From: the human T2T-CHM13v2.0 reference genome, Homo sapiens
Length of the DNA stretch: 64,000 nt
Direction: 5' to 3' (one strand)
Assembly (NCBI RefSeq): GCF_009914755.1
Contig: NC_060930.1
This document shows, piece by piece, positions 48,690 to 64,000 of this stretch (the stretch's first letter is position 1; each line of letters opens with the position of its first letter). The notes under the pieces are model-generated. The model made no database searches. It worked only from the letters and a program-made list of their open reading frames with translations, and had not been told where the DNA came from. Position numbers and translations under genes: made by a program.

Positions 48690-50641
48690 AAAATGGCCAT
48701 AATAAAAAAAATGATAGATATTGATGGGGATGTGGTGAAACGGGAACACTTTTACATTGCTGGTGGGAATGTAGACTAATACAACCACTATGGAAAACAG
48801 TGTGGAGATTCCTTAAAGAACTTAAAGTAGAACTACCATTTGATCCAACAATCCCACTACTGGGTATCTACCCAGAGGAGACGTCTTATGAAAAAGATAC
48901 TTGCACATGCATGTTTACAGCAGCACAATTCGCAATTGCAGAAATATGGAACCAGCCCAAATGCCCATCAATCAATGAGTGGATAAATTATTGTATGTAT
49001 ACATCACAGAATACTACTCAGCCATAAAAAGGAACAAAATAATAGCATTCACAGCAACCTGTTTGGAACTGGATACCATTATTCTAAGTGAAGTAACTCA
49101 GGAATGGAAAACTGAACACCGTAATGATGGCAGTGGCTGCTGCCATCAAGCTGGCTGTGCGGCTGGTGCTGCATACTCCATGGAGCTGGTGGCAGCCCTG
49201 TTCATTCCGAGTTGGGATGGGAGCTCCGCGTGCCACTGCAGCCACCTGAACTGCAGCTGCAGACCCAGGCCTCCTGCTCCACAGAGCAAGCAGGAGCCCC
49301 GCCCTCTTGGGGCCACAGCCACCCAAACTGCAGCTGTAGATCCGAGTCTCCCTGTGCTCTTGGGGGAGCCTGGAACAGGCAGGATCTGCCTTCCCAGGTG
49401 CAGCTGCAGCTGCCGCACCCACGGCTGCAGACCTGGGCCTCCCATTCCAGGAAGCAGGCAGGAGCCGGGAACAAGCGGGAGCCCTGCCCCTTCCGAGTTG
49501 TCAGGGCGGGAGCTCCCGGGTGCAGCTGTGGCCAACCCTCCCAGGCACAGGACCTGGGCGTCTCTGCAGCCTGCACCCTTGGGCGCCCCAGGAAGGACCC
49601 TCCCCATCTCTGCATGCTCAGATGTGTCTGTGCCCACTGCCTGGCCTCTCTCCGTTCCAGGCACCCACTCAGATCTCAGAGCTGGGTTGGGGCCAAGCCC
49701 CGGGGCCATGAATGGCAGCAGGAGGAAGACAGGGTCCGGGGCAGAAAAGAGGGGAGTCCCCAATTAGGCCCCACCTTCAGGCGAGGGAGGGCCTGAAGGC
49801 TGGGGGCCGGGCTGCCAGTCCTGCCGACCAGAGTGGGGACTCGTGGTGCCTCTTCCGTCCACCCATGGCCACCCATGGACCAATTGGCACATACTTCCTC
49901 CCCTCTGAGGTCCATAAAAGCCCTGGGCTTAGCCACAGCAGGCAGGAGGATGGCCAGGGACAAAGGGGGCAGAGAGAGAATGGGACTGGATGACCAGTTG
50001 CAGAGAGGAGTACCCTCTCTGCTGATAGCTGGAGACGATGGGACAACCAGCTGCAGAGATGACCTGCTGGCAGAGAGGAGCTACCCTCTCTGCTAAGAGG
50101 AGTGCTTCAGAGACCTGCAGAATGACTTGCCTGCAGAGAGGAGCCACCCTTTCCAGGGCCTCCTCTCTGCTGAGAGCTGAACACTCAATGGGACGATCTG
50201 CTTATAGAGAGGAGCTCCCCACTCCTCCGAGTTGTTCTAACACTAAATAAAACTCTTCTTTTTCACCCTTCACATGTCTGTGTACCTCATTCTTTCTGGA
50301 CGCAGGACAAAAACTTGGGCTTAAAAGGCGTTGCGGCCACAGAAGTTTCCCATCAGAAAAATTGACACCCCAGAGATCCTATAACAGTATGTTCTCACGC
50401 ATAAGTGGGAGCCAAGCCATGAGGATGCAAAGGCCTCACAATGATACAGTGGACTTTGGGGACTTGGGAGAAAGGGTGGGAGGGGGGTGAGGGATAAATG
50501 ACTACAAAATGGGTACAGTGTATAGTGCTCGGGTGATGGCTGCACCGAAAATCTCAGAAATCACCACCGAAGAACTTATTCATGTAACCAAACACCACCT
50601 GTTCCCCCAAAACCTATGGACGTAAAAAATAAAAATAAAAA
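48690..50641 (+). mobile_element. L1PB-type 3' end split by a MER52 LTR
   Basis: ggaaaacagtgtggagattccttaaagaac...caggaatggaaaac then gtatgttctcac...ttcatgtaaccaaacaccacctgttcccc. Confidence 0.88.
49125..50386 (+). mobile_element. MER52-like ERV1 solo LTR
   Basis: tgatggcagtggc...GC-rich U3...cataaaagccc (TATA-like)...aataaa...gagatcctataaca; TSD gtaa/gtat. Confidence 0.85.
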
Positions 50642-53600
50642 AGACGGAAGAAAATTAAGACATCAATTATATTAAATGCAGCAGAGAAACAGAAAGACTA
50701 AGAATGGCCATTGGATTAGACCATGGGTTCTCAATATCTGCTGAATATTAGAAGCACCGGAGAGCTTCTACAAGACACTAACCCAGAATCTGAATTAATG
50801 CCCACTGGATTAAACTGTATGGTCAGAGATGACTTCAAAGAGAACAGCTCTATAGTCCTATTTTAAAGTAGGGGAACAGATATACCCAGTGACATCGGAA
50901 ATGTGTTTTCCATTCCCAAGATTCAATATGTAAATTTGCATTATTATTTTATTTTTAAATTTACATATGTCAATGGGAAATAATGTGCTTGAATAACATA
51001 TTCAGCATTTGAACATCTCATGCCTGGGATTACACTGGCTGAGCCTCCCACATCACGAAGCAAATGCTTGAATAAACATATGGGCTCTGAGAAAGTGCCC
51101 TCAGAGCCAGGGAACATGACTATATTTCAATTTAAGAGAAGTAAGCCTCTTGGAAAACACTGTTCCTCTTGTTTGCTCCCTCTTCAACGGGTTTTTAAGT
51201 CCAGGGCTCATTCCAAAAGTCCTTTAGCCAATCTTAGTTCCTCTAATCGTAACATATTCAGTGAGAAAGGAGATCCTATAAGGTCAGGCAAATTGTTGTT
51301 AGAAATGTGATCCAGCAACTTTAGGTTTGAAGAAATCCAGTGGAGAAAACACACACACAAGCCCACGTCCACACCTCACATTCAGACCTGTCTGTCTCCA
51401 TTATCCCAATACACCACTGGGGTCTTTCCCTGTATTCAGGAAGTGGGTTCTAGAACAGCCCTGTCCATTTGTAAGGAATAACACAAGGTAAGACGCCTGA
51501 AACTAGCAAGTGAGAAAGTCTTTACTTATTCTAAGTAAATGACTCCCAAGGACAAGATGTAGCTCGCAGCTTCTTCAGTGTTGCTGCACATTTACGACAT
51601 ACATTTAATTTATTTTAGCTAATGAAAATGCTCAATAGTGAATATGTCTGAGCCCCTATGGAGAATAAGTAGTGCAATACCCAAAGACATTTAACTGTCT
51701 CTGAGAGGCAAGAAGAATCTGTGTTAGGGGTGTGGCTCTATATATAGAGACATTAAATTCATAGCCAAAAGGGTAATAGTGATTATTACAAAATTCAGGG
51801 GTAACAAGGGTGAAAGAGAAAAGAGAGGGATGAGAGAACGTAATGTTTCCTTCACATTCTGTTTCTGAAACAGGATTCAAGCAGGACATTGTACCATTTG
51901 GTATTCATTATTTTCGTTCACGCACATGGCTAATTATTTCTACAGCATTCAGATCTCTTTAAAACAAACATGTTTTGCACATACACGCCCACCTTTAAAA
52001 ATATGCCTTTTATCCCCTTTTCCACAGCCTTGAGGAAATATCTGATGGATTGTCTCAGGAGCAGTGTTTTGGGAATAAATGTAGATTATATGCTAAAAAA
52101 ACGTAACTTGTCCCCTAAAACTTGCATAAACAAATCAAAGGACATTGTAGCATTTCGAGTATAAACAAAATGACTCTCAACTTAACTTGCAGATCTTTTT
52201 TTAATGTTCAGTAATAAATTTTACTCCCAGAAGATTACACTGTCCTCTCTCTTCCCAAACTTCTCCTCCTCCTACAATCCCCCAGTTGTTTTAATGTCAG
52301 ATGCATAATTCAGTTGTCTGGCTTGAACTCATTATGGGAATCATTACATTTGATTTTCCTGTGAGGCCAGCCTTGACTGAGGGTCTTCTGATTCTAAATG
52401 GTCAATGTTTCTGTAGTGTCAGGAATCATTCTCTGAAAATGCTTCACCTTCTTGAGGCTGTGGGCATGTGGCCATATGAAAACATGTTGTGTGATTATCT
52501 GGTGAAATTGGGGGACTCCTCATCCAGCGAACTAGGAGGTTCTGTGTGTTCCTTCACCTGAATTGCTGAGTCTGACGTGTGGATGGCCTTTGTTCCCTTG
52601 CTGGGTGAGCCGGGTCAGCCCTGCTGTGTCTTGTCATAACTGTAGACATTCCGTAACTGGTGTTCATGTAACTGCTGGAGCTTGCTTCAAACCAAGGCAG
52701 AAACCCGTGATGATGGAGACCATTCTTGCCTTCCCCTCACATTAACCAGTTCGTGACTATGGAGAAACAGGGCAAGTAGCTCTTGATCTGACTGGACGGA
52801 TGGCTTTGGAGACCAGGCTCTGAAGAGATGCTTGTAAAAATCTGGAGCTTAACACAAGAAGCTTAAAACAAGAAGCTCCTTTAAGTGTTGGAGCTTCAGA
52901 GAAAGGAGCCACGTTACCCATTTCAGAGCAGGGAGATTCCAGAGAAGTCACCTGGGTGTCGGCTTCTGAGCACTGTCTTCTCACGCTCACACTCCTCCTG
53001 TTCCTGGCCCCCACCCTCCCGCTCTCAGCAGTTACCCCCATTATCACCATCATCACTTCGCTCCTGCCCGGTCCCTCTCCTGTCATCACCCCCGCTCCGG
53101 AGTGAAAGAAAGGAGACACCTTACCACGGCTCTTCCCACCAGCAGCACCAGGAAGCTGCTACTGCCATTTCTATTTAAATGGATAGGGATGTTGGGCAGA
53201 GAGACACTTTCGGAGCCTGTAAGTTTAAGTGTTCAGATCATTCTTTGCAGAGTATAATGTGAACATCTTGCTCTTGCTTGTACTGTAGAAGGTTCTCTAG
53301 CATATAGATGTGATATTCAGTTTATGTATAGGTTTACATTTCAGCACTAAATCTCCCACCCACTCATGTCGCAAACCTTTATGGAGTGCCTACTACATAT
53401 TAGTGATGAGCAGTAGGAATAATAACAGCTAATACCTACAAAGCACTTTCAGTCTGCTAGGGCTTTGCATGGAGCCGCTCATTTAAGTAAGCACTCTTCT
53501 AGTTGCCATGATACCATCTAATTAAATGAGGTGCTTCACAGACACAAATATACAGCGATATAATCTATATGTATGCTGTTCCTTTATAACGGAATCTTCC

Positions 53601-54862
53601 CCATTGCCATCCCTACCCTGCCTACTTTTCTCAGATCCCTTATCATGTTATTTCACCCCAACAGACTTTTTCTGGAAAAATGATTGCTTACTACATGTCA
53701 GTTGGCTGTTCACAGTTTCAGAAATACAAGTGGAGAAACTTGGAAAACAGCATCTATCAACTTCTAGATCTAAGCTCTCTGAGAGCAAGAACTATGTTTT
53801 TTCTTCTCCATCCTAAGGCCGTGGCACTGTGCCTGATACATATTTGATAGGTGCATGCTAAGTATGTGTTACATAAATTAATTCCATGATGTGCCATATG
53901 CTAATATCCTGTCTAGTAATAACTGCTGAGGACTTCAGAATATTTGCTGACCAGGTTGTCCTGGTGTCTGATACTCCACTGAAGGACAAAACAAAATTGA
54001 TCATTGATTCAAGGTTCCACTAAGAGTAAATAAAGTGTGATGTGGTATGGAAGCCATGGCATAAATAAGAAAAGTTGATGCTCTTTGACATGAATTGATC
54101 TGTTCAGCACAATCTAACCAAAGAACAAGGCAAAGTTTTCCTTCAAGCATAGAATGAGTTCCCTCTGGGATTTATAAAGTGGACCAGTACAGAGGGGGCA
54201 TGGCTCCCACCCGTACCGTTTAAAACTAGTTGATTTTTAGTGTATTCTCCAATTTCACCTATCTTCCCCCTCTCAGCAATCTATTACGGATTTGTTTGCT
54301 GGAATGACTTGGAGTGGCAGGTGGGGTCAGGAGTGAGTTAGTAAGCATTTCGTTTCATCCCCAGTAAAGGGTAAGATGATTGAATCAGTCAGTCTGCTGA
54401 GATGGGGCCAGAGTTACCTGATAAATATTGGGGCCATGCCACTAGGTGAAATCTTTTCGTTAAGTGACTCTAAAATAAAATCCCAACCTAAAATTGCTGA
54501 GTCAGTGGGAATTTCTCAGGGAATCCATGTTCCGCTGGCTCTAGAAATGATTTTGATTATGAGACAAGGTATTTTGGCAGCAGGTGCTGGCTTTTATTTA
54601 CCATGTTCAGAACTTGAAAGTGTCCAGTTCATTAAGTTCAAGAGCTGGAGTCGCTTAAAGGTAGACCCTGAATGATGCCTTAAGGACCCCCCACTGTATT
54701 TTCATTACACTAAACCATGGCACTTAGGCAGCCAGTAAAGCTGGAGTCAGAACTCTGATTCAGAGCACCTCATTTACAGAAAATAATTCCCCAAACTGAA
54801 TTGCCTGAATTTGACTAAGTATAGGGCACCATTTTAAAAATGGCTTCATGCTGAGGTTCTAG

Positions 54863-55155
54863 ATTTTTTTTTTTTTGAGATGGAGGCTCGTTCTGTCGCC
54901 AGGCTGGAGTGCAGTGGCGCGATCTCAGCTCACTGCAAGCTCCGCCTCCACGTTCACACCATTCTCCTGCCTCAGCCTCCCGAGTATCTGGGACTACAGG
55001 CACCCGCCACCACGCCTGGCTAATTTTTTGTATTTTTAGTAGAGATAGGGTTTCACTGTGTTAGCCAGGATGGTCTCGATCTCCTGACCTCGTGATCTGC
55101 CCGCCTCAGCCTCCCAATGTGCTGGGATTACAGGCATGAGCCACCGCACCCAGCC
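54863..55155 (-). mobile_element. AluY
   Basis: Y diagnostics; TSD gttctagat. Confidence 0.92.
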
Positions 55156-55590
55156 AGTTCTAGATATTTTGAGGTGGTAAGAATAAGGTATGGTTCCCCT
55201 ACTGCTCAAGGATACTTGTTTCTCATGTGCCAGGGACCCAGGCGTTGAGCCCAATAGAAAGCCATAGAAATAAGCCTGGATGTGATGCTATTCATGAATG
55301 TCACAGTCTCCTTAAACCCCATTTTATTAAACTGTTCAGGGATCCACTCGTTCAGATTATTCAACATTTTACGTGCCAGGCACATCATGGTGGTGGGATA
55401 TGAAGTAAAATGTGACTTGGTGCCTTGTCTCCTTCAAGGAGCTTCCAGTCCACAAGGGGCTAACAGGGAAATGAGTGGTGACTACAGCTAAAAGGCAGTT
55501 GCTCCTGTCTTCCCAGAATGGCGGTGATAAGCTAGAGGTATACCCAGGAGAGACAACCAGCAAAAGTGTGACACCTCAATCAGCACTGTT

Positions 55591-55696
55591 GTTTTCTTTT
55601 TCTTTTTTCATATATATATATATATTTTATTACACTTTAAGTTCTAGGGTACATATGCACAATGTGCACGTTTGTTACATATGTATACATGTGCCA
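55591..55696 (-). mobile_element. Severely 5'-truncated L1PA 3' end
   Basis: ctttaagttctagggtacat...gtttgttacatatgtatacatgtgcca. Confidence 0.85.
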
Positions 55697-55732
55697 CAGC
55701 AGAGCAAGGAGTTCCAAAACAGAATTACCGGT

Positions 55733-56094
<362 letters not shown>

Positions 56095-57054
56095 TGACAT
56101 TTGGGGGCTTAACACCCCTTGGCTTTAGCCAGATGTGTCCATGGAAAAAAATGACATAACCAAATAGAAAATCTCTAGAAACATTATTTTACTTTTCATC
56201 TGTTTGTCAGTTCTAGTCAATGTAAAGCATAGACTACAGTCAAAGGGTGCATTCAGTCCCAAAACTGTTTACAAGCAGTGTTTAGGGAGGACAATGGGAA
56301 TCTGCCTGGACCCAAACAACCTGTAATGACCTCATTTTTAAAAAATTACCTTTTCCTTCCCAGCTGTAGAAACTTCCTGCTGCTCTTCCACATTTATATA
56401 GAATTACCTGTGTCTACATCTATATATTAATCATTTCCACTTACATGCCTGCCTGTAATGGGTCTATTCAGAGTCCTATATATCTATATAGCCGTCTATC
56501 TATCTAATCCCCATATCTACTATTGTAAAATTTTTTTCTGCTTACTTCTTTTTTCCCCTGTGTTTCAACTCATTCTGATCTCTTCTCAGCATCAGAGATT
56601 ATGTTTATTTTTGTGGCTAAATCTTGGTCTGCCCAACAGCAATCTTTAAAGAAACAATCTTGGATGTCTACCTTTTCTTACCTATGAGGCCTTGGTGATA
56701 TATGGAAAAGGGGACCTCTATGGCAAGTTTCATGACAGGTCTGCTTGTTAAAAACAACAACAATAATAACAGTTCTAATACTATCTCCACCTTCCTGACC
56801 ACTTGTCCTCTTGGAGGTCAGCTAGATGCTGGCAGTTCCCTAGGAAATGACATTATATTACCCAGAATACCACATTAATTCAGAACCTGCCACCTAGCTA
56901 ACTTCTGGCTCTGGCACCCTATCCGCTGACCCCTTTGCAACAATCAGAAGCAGGAATGAATTTAGAATATAACAAAAGGGCCTCTTGGATTTTGTTAGTT
57001 GATCAAGAATCTCAGAGACACTTAAACTATATATGCATGAAATAAAATAGGCCA

Positions 57055-57461
<407 letters not shown>

Positions 57462-57885
57462 CTATGAAATGGGGAACTTAAAAAAATTACAAATGTGCAA
57501 TTTCCTTTTATATTTCTTTGACTTTTAAGAACAATCTCATGCATAGAGCCCAAACTGGAGATCTGTAGCTTTTAGTGACTTTGTCTCTCAATTACCCTGG
57601 GGGAAGTTTCCTCCCCTGTCCTCCGACCTGTCTTAACAGACACAGACACATAGCATAATTCAATAGTGCTGCTGTTATTAGCAGCCTCTGTGAACCCGAG
57701 TAACCTTGCATACAAGTCTCATGGAAAGCACACATTTGCCAGTTGCTATTAATCATTGACATATTGATAGTGTGGGGGTAACACTGCGTATGCTGATACT
57801 GGGGAGGGGGCAGAGATGGGAAAGGGGCAGTTATAAATTGCTAAGTTATTGTGTTTATATTCAGCACATCTTGCAGCCAAGATTC

Positions 57886-57890
<5 letters not shown>

Positions 57891-57940
<50 letters not shown>

Positions 57941-57956
57941 TACAGACACACACACA
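57891..57956. repeat. Compound microsatellite (CT)14(CA)11 with a degenerate CA tail
   Basis: Counted directly. Confidence 0.93.
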
Positions 57957-58139
57957 ATCAGTGTAAAGATTCTGACCTATGCCTGGAAATACAATCCTAA
58001 GTCTAGATAAAGGGGAGAGCTAATGAAGGCTCACAGTTGAAGTTGTCTGATTTGTACACACCCAGCACACATTCAGACTCGATTGTATAGGTCAAATTTT
58101 CCCAGAAACATGCGATCACGGCTTTTTGAGCTCAAAACC

Positions 58140-58965
<826 letters not shown>

Positions 58966-61900
58966 TTAGAGGTCATAATAGACTTCATTTTACAGATTAG
59001 GAAACTAATGATTAAAGATCAACTTTGATAAATGTCTCAATCGGGAAGCAGAGTTGGCAAATTAATTACACTTCTGTTTAATCTTCTTTTTCTAAAGATA
59101 GATGATGAAGGTTCTATTTTATATGCCTATCAGTATCTGCTAAATGAATACGGTTTTATATTTCACATGTCTGTGAATTTCTGAACCTCTGAGGTCTTCC
59201 AACTGGCACATCTAATCCCAAGTCACACATATTCAAGGAATAAGCTATTAAATAATAAAAAATGTGATGAGGAATAGTAATGAACAGACTTGAGAAAATT
59301 TTCTTTTCCTGCTATGTTCATTAGATTCCACATGTCTTAATCTGCATCTTAGTACATAAATCTACAAAACTATATTAATTTTCACTGGTATTTTAGAAAG
59401 TGCTAAATGGAGATTTTCAAATTTGGGTGAAAAGTCAGTATCTGGAATGTTGAAAGGTATCTTTACTTCAATATGTGTGCAAGATAATCTATGCTGTAGC
59501 TGTAAAATATATCCCTGGATGCTTTTACAGAATAATACTGAAACACTCTCTGAAACTAATGGATATTGCTAAACTGACAAAACTCACTTATTAAATTCAA
59601 TTAATGGGGACCAATAAATTAACCGCCTCTTCCTGGTGTTCGTCCGTGCCCCCTCCCAATCTTCACTCCCACAAATCATGCACTAGCCATTAAAAATAGA
59701 AGGAAACTTTCTTCCTCTATGTTAAAGTAACTTGAAATCATCTACCTTGTCTTCTAAAACTCCTCTCTTGTTGCTTTCTAAATATCCAAATGGAAAATGA
59801 TCCTGGAGGAATGGGCAGTATGTGGTTTCCCCTATTCTACTAGTCTCCAACCCACACAGACAAAGAAACCCGATATCCAACAGAGGTTCTTCCCTCCTTC
59901 GTACCTCCACCCACATGGATGAATAAACCTGATCTCCAACAGAGGTTCTTCCTTTGGGCCTTCCCTCACGGTTATGGCCCAAAAAGCTAGAAAGGACAAT
60001 GGGCATCCTTTCAGATAAAGAAATACGCTACAGAAATGAGCAGCAGAATCACAGTCCTGAACTCTGCAATAAATTTTTACTCATGCGGTAAATGCCCATG
60101 GACAGGGGTTAACCTCTAGCATTTGCACGCAGCCACCCGTTCGCTCTTGGCTCCTGGTAAGCACTTACAGGCATTTAAAGATGTGCAAAGGGTATAAGTC
60201 TTCAATGCTCTCTGCCCCTCATAAGCATCTCTGATAATATCCAACATCTACTTAAATGCTAGCTTACCTTAAAGATAAACTCTCCTTCTTTATTTCATTC
60301 CACCAGGACTGAACCCTGACTTGGGACTATTTGCCTTGAAAAATGAGTTTTCTCCAGCTCTGCAGAGGATGGCTGCTGTGTATAATGGTCTCTGAAATGC
60401 TAACGGAAGCCAAGAAATCACCTGACATGAACTATGAAGCTATTAGTTATGAAAAGCAATATCGATATTTACCTTCTAACTCTTCATGCTGGAGGGTAAA
60501 GCAGCACAACCTGGACGTGCCTGGTGCCGAGCCAACATAAAGAGAACATCTGCATCTTCCCTCCTCTACCATTTTTGAAATGGAAATAATGCTTATGGTG
60601 GTAATAATGTGGTGACTGTCGTTCAAAGCCCCTTCACACACATTATGATCTGATCTGCTCCTCCCAGGAATCCTGCATGAGGTGGATATCATGAATGTTA
60701 TAATGTCCAGAAGCAGGAACTGATGTAGAAAGTTAAGTGATGTTCTCCAGGCGACCCCGACAGAGCCTGGCAGGGCTGCTGCTTTGACCCTGGAGTTGAG
60801 AGGAATTGTTCTTTCCACATCAACCCCCGCCGGACATATTTCAAAAATGCAACTGTTTTTCATTTGGGTCTATCTTTTCTTTGCTAATAGTAATCAAAGA
60901 TCTAAAAGCTACAGATTTATCAAAGAACTGAAGCTACTAAAATTGTTTGCAGTGTCGTGAAAGAAACTGGCAAACACGATTTTAAGAAAAGAGGCAACTG
61001 TGACAGAAGAAATAAAAACTTGTGTTTAGGTTATCTTCAAAACTAATATTTCTAATGTACAATGCACAACTAAGATAGCTTTTTTCTGATATAAAAATAA
61101 AGTGTGATCATATGTGGAAACACAGAAAACTTAAAAAATATAAAACTGCTCCTAATATCTCCAACATGATATATCCACTATTTACATTTTGATTGTATTT
61201 TGGCATATATATATAATTTTCTTTTTTAAAGCTCACATATATCTATGCATGTTTACAAAGTTAGAATAATTCTGAATATATAATTTTGAATCAGTTCTTT
61301 CACTTAACATTGTATTGTAACTAGAATTATAAACTAGTTTTTTAAAGCTAGTTAAAGGAAGAATGAAGTAAAGCCAGAAAAACCTTAAACTACAGTTTGT
61401 AACTAACTGTAAAATCCAAAAGCACTTGGCAAATGGTAAGGAATTTGGACACATAAATTAATGGAGCTAAATATTAATCAGTGAGCAAATATTAATTGAG
61501 TCTTAAAGAGCTGAAATTATTCTAGGAGCCATGCCTGGGATGTCGTGGTGGCTAAGATGGAGTCCCTACTATTGGGAGCATAGAGTGTCAGAAATTAAGA
61601 GAATGCAATAAATTCCAGTAGAGATGGGCTCAATTTGCTTTCACACCAACTAGAATGGTGTGAAAGAATGGTTTGCAAAGCAAATGAATGATGCATACCA
61701 TCGTCTAAGAATAGCACTTAATTTACTTACAAGAAGGAACTGTTTTAATTGGTTTAAAAATACTCACTACACACAAATATTTTGTTAATTAAAAATGAGT
61801 ACCTATTTGAACACTTATGTGAACTAAATAGGAGCTAATACATGAGATAAAAATTATGTAGTTACAATTTTTTTTTTTTTTTGCTTTTCATTAATTGAAT

Positions 61901-62112
61901 CAGACTGGACTTTCTCCAAGCATGTGAATGAGTGAGGATTTATTGTACCATGCAAAAACTTAGGATCTTTACAGGTTTTATTATTTGTATTTAACACTAG
62001 TTCCATTTCAGCTGGTCAGATAAGAAGAAATGTGATAGCAAAAGATATGCAAGATGTTAATCTGCTCTTAAAAAAAAGAAACCAATATTTGACCTGAATT
62101 GATACAAGTGTT

Positions 62113-62445
<333 letters not shown>

Positions 62446-63185
62446 TAATTTGGTTTAATCCCAAATGTCTACAGAGGTCACAGGACTTTACATATTTCTT
62501 TGACTTCTTTCTCTACTGGATCATGTGTTATTGTAAAATTTCTTTATGTGTGATTAAACCCAGGGCAAGCCAGAGTCAATAAATCAGTTACATGTATGTG
62601 ATATTGTTGATACACATTTTTAAAATTGCTTTTTAGAAAATCAACAAATTAAGGCACTTTGCAAATCCAATCTATTTTTCTTTTATAAAACAGGAAGGAA
62701 TATTAGAAACACAGGAAGTTGAACATCTCAGTAAATGCCAAGAAGGAGATTGTGCCTTGGAGGAAAGGTTGGCATGGAGCCAGTATCCTTCTGTGCCCTT
62801 GGTCTCACCAGACCCAGGGCCAGACCAATAAGAAAGAAGGGAAAAGGGAAATTAAAAGAAGCCAGAGATATGGACAGAAACAAGAGGAAGGAGAGAATGG
62901 AAAAGAAGTTGAGAGGGAACAGAAAAGAAGTACACAGGTAGAATTGGTGGGTGAGCTGTGGAGAAACTGCAAACCGAGTGAAAGCCCTCTAACACTGAAA
63001 TGCAATAAGACTGCATTACTCCATCCCATGCTCAGCCCCAACCATGCCCATTTGGATAAAATGGATTCCATTTGGTAATGGTTGGCAATAACTGTCATTT
63101 CTGAAATGCCAAGGGCCCACATATACAACCAGTTGACACCTTTATAGTAGTATTTATAGCTCAGACACTTTAAAACATGACTGTG

Positions 63186-63523
63186 GGCTGGGCACAGTGG
63201 CTCATGTCTGTAATCCAAGCTCTTTGGGAGTCTGAGGCAGAAGGATCACTTGAGCCCAGGAGTTTGAGACCAGCCTGGGCAACCCAGTGAGAACTCATCT
63301 CTACAAAAAAAAGGTAAAAATTAGCTGGGCGTGGTGGCACATGTCTATAGTCCTTGCTACTAGGGAGGCTGAGGCAGGAGGATCACTTGAGCCTGGGAGA
63401 CAGAGGCTATAGGGAGCTGTGATTGCACACTGCACTCCAGCTGGACAGCAAAGTGAGACACTGTATCAAAATAAATAAATAAATAAATAAACAAACAAAC
63501 AAACAAACAAACAAACAAATAAA
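63186..63523 (+). mobile_element. AluJ with (TAAA)n(CAAA)n tail
   Basis: Alu consensus. Confidence 0.9.
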
Positions 63524-64000
63524 TGAACCTGTGGTAGAGTAGAGAATGTAGAGACAGAAGTTTATGTGGTAGGAAGGGGACATGTGATACGAGGTTGAAC
63601 AAGAGGCCCAAGTGGAGGGACACATAGGGCCATGTAGGTGTCCTGTTAACTCCATGGAGGAGGTTTCTGGGGATGTCCCAGGCCATGTTGCCTGAGAACA
63701 TGTCTGCCTGAGACTCATTCTATTCCTGAAAGTCTGAAACCATCAGTTGTATTCTTACATTGATTATGGTTCAATGGTATGGTTTCTCCGTATAAACGTC
63801 CTGGCCACCATTTAGAAATGATCCATAATTTCTTGTTTGGGTCTTAGTTTTTCCACTTATACAATTTTTTACTTATTTTATTTTCTATCTGCTTCACGGG
63901 CATATTAATGTGTATGGTTAACAAGCAATCATTAGCAGTTACCAAGTGAAAGACAAATGGCAGATGGAAACTTTTGATCTGTCCCACACACGTGTCTTGG

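Noticed and set aside
48979-49796. 262-, 205- and 194-aa ORFs
   Set aside because: They lie in a GC-rich MER52 LTR and adjacent L1, are open in several frames because stops are scarce, and resemble no protein I recognise.

Overview
Primate (human-type) genomic DNA inside the ATXN1 (ataxin-1, SCA1) gene, which is transcribed from the - strand. The only bona fide coding sequence is one 2080-nt exon (19028->16949). It carries 160 nt of 5'UTR, the ATXN1 start codon (18868), the first 640 codons including a CAT-interrupted polyQ tract (CAG)13-CAT-CAG-CAT-(CAG)14 and the N-terminal part of the AXH domain, plus the overlapping 185-aa Alt-ATXN1 ORF. The rest is intron: about 42 Alu copies or fragments, eight LTRs (including LTR12C, MLT2A, MER52, MER74A, MER21C), L1/L2/L3/MIR remnants and DNA-transposon MITEs. 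The most interesting signals are reading-frame logic around the exon. (i) Inverted Alus flank the exon, and back-splicing would give a closed 682-aa polyQ ORF with a novel 42-aa tail. (ii) The CAT interruptions act as stop codons for an AUG-containing antisense polyCys ORF. (iii) The Alt-ATXN1 stop gates a polyAla frame that stays open for 131 more codons. (iv) A GUG in near-optimal Kozak context lies in frame upstream, with three uAUGs, one per frame. A divergent CTCF pair lies 3-4 kb upstream of the exon. Repeat subfamily names come from recalled consensus sequences, and most repeat boundaries are approximate (about 10-20 nt); no database search was run.
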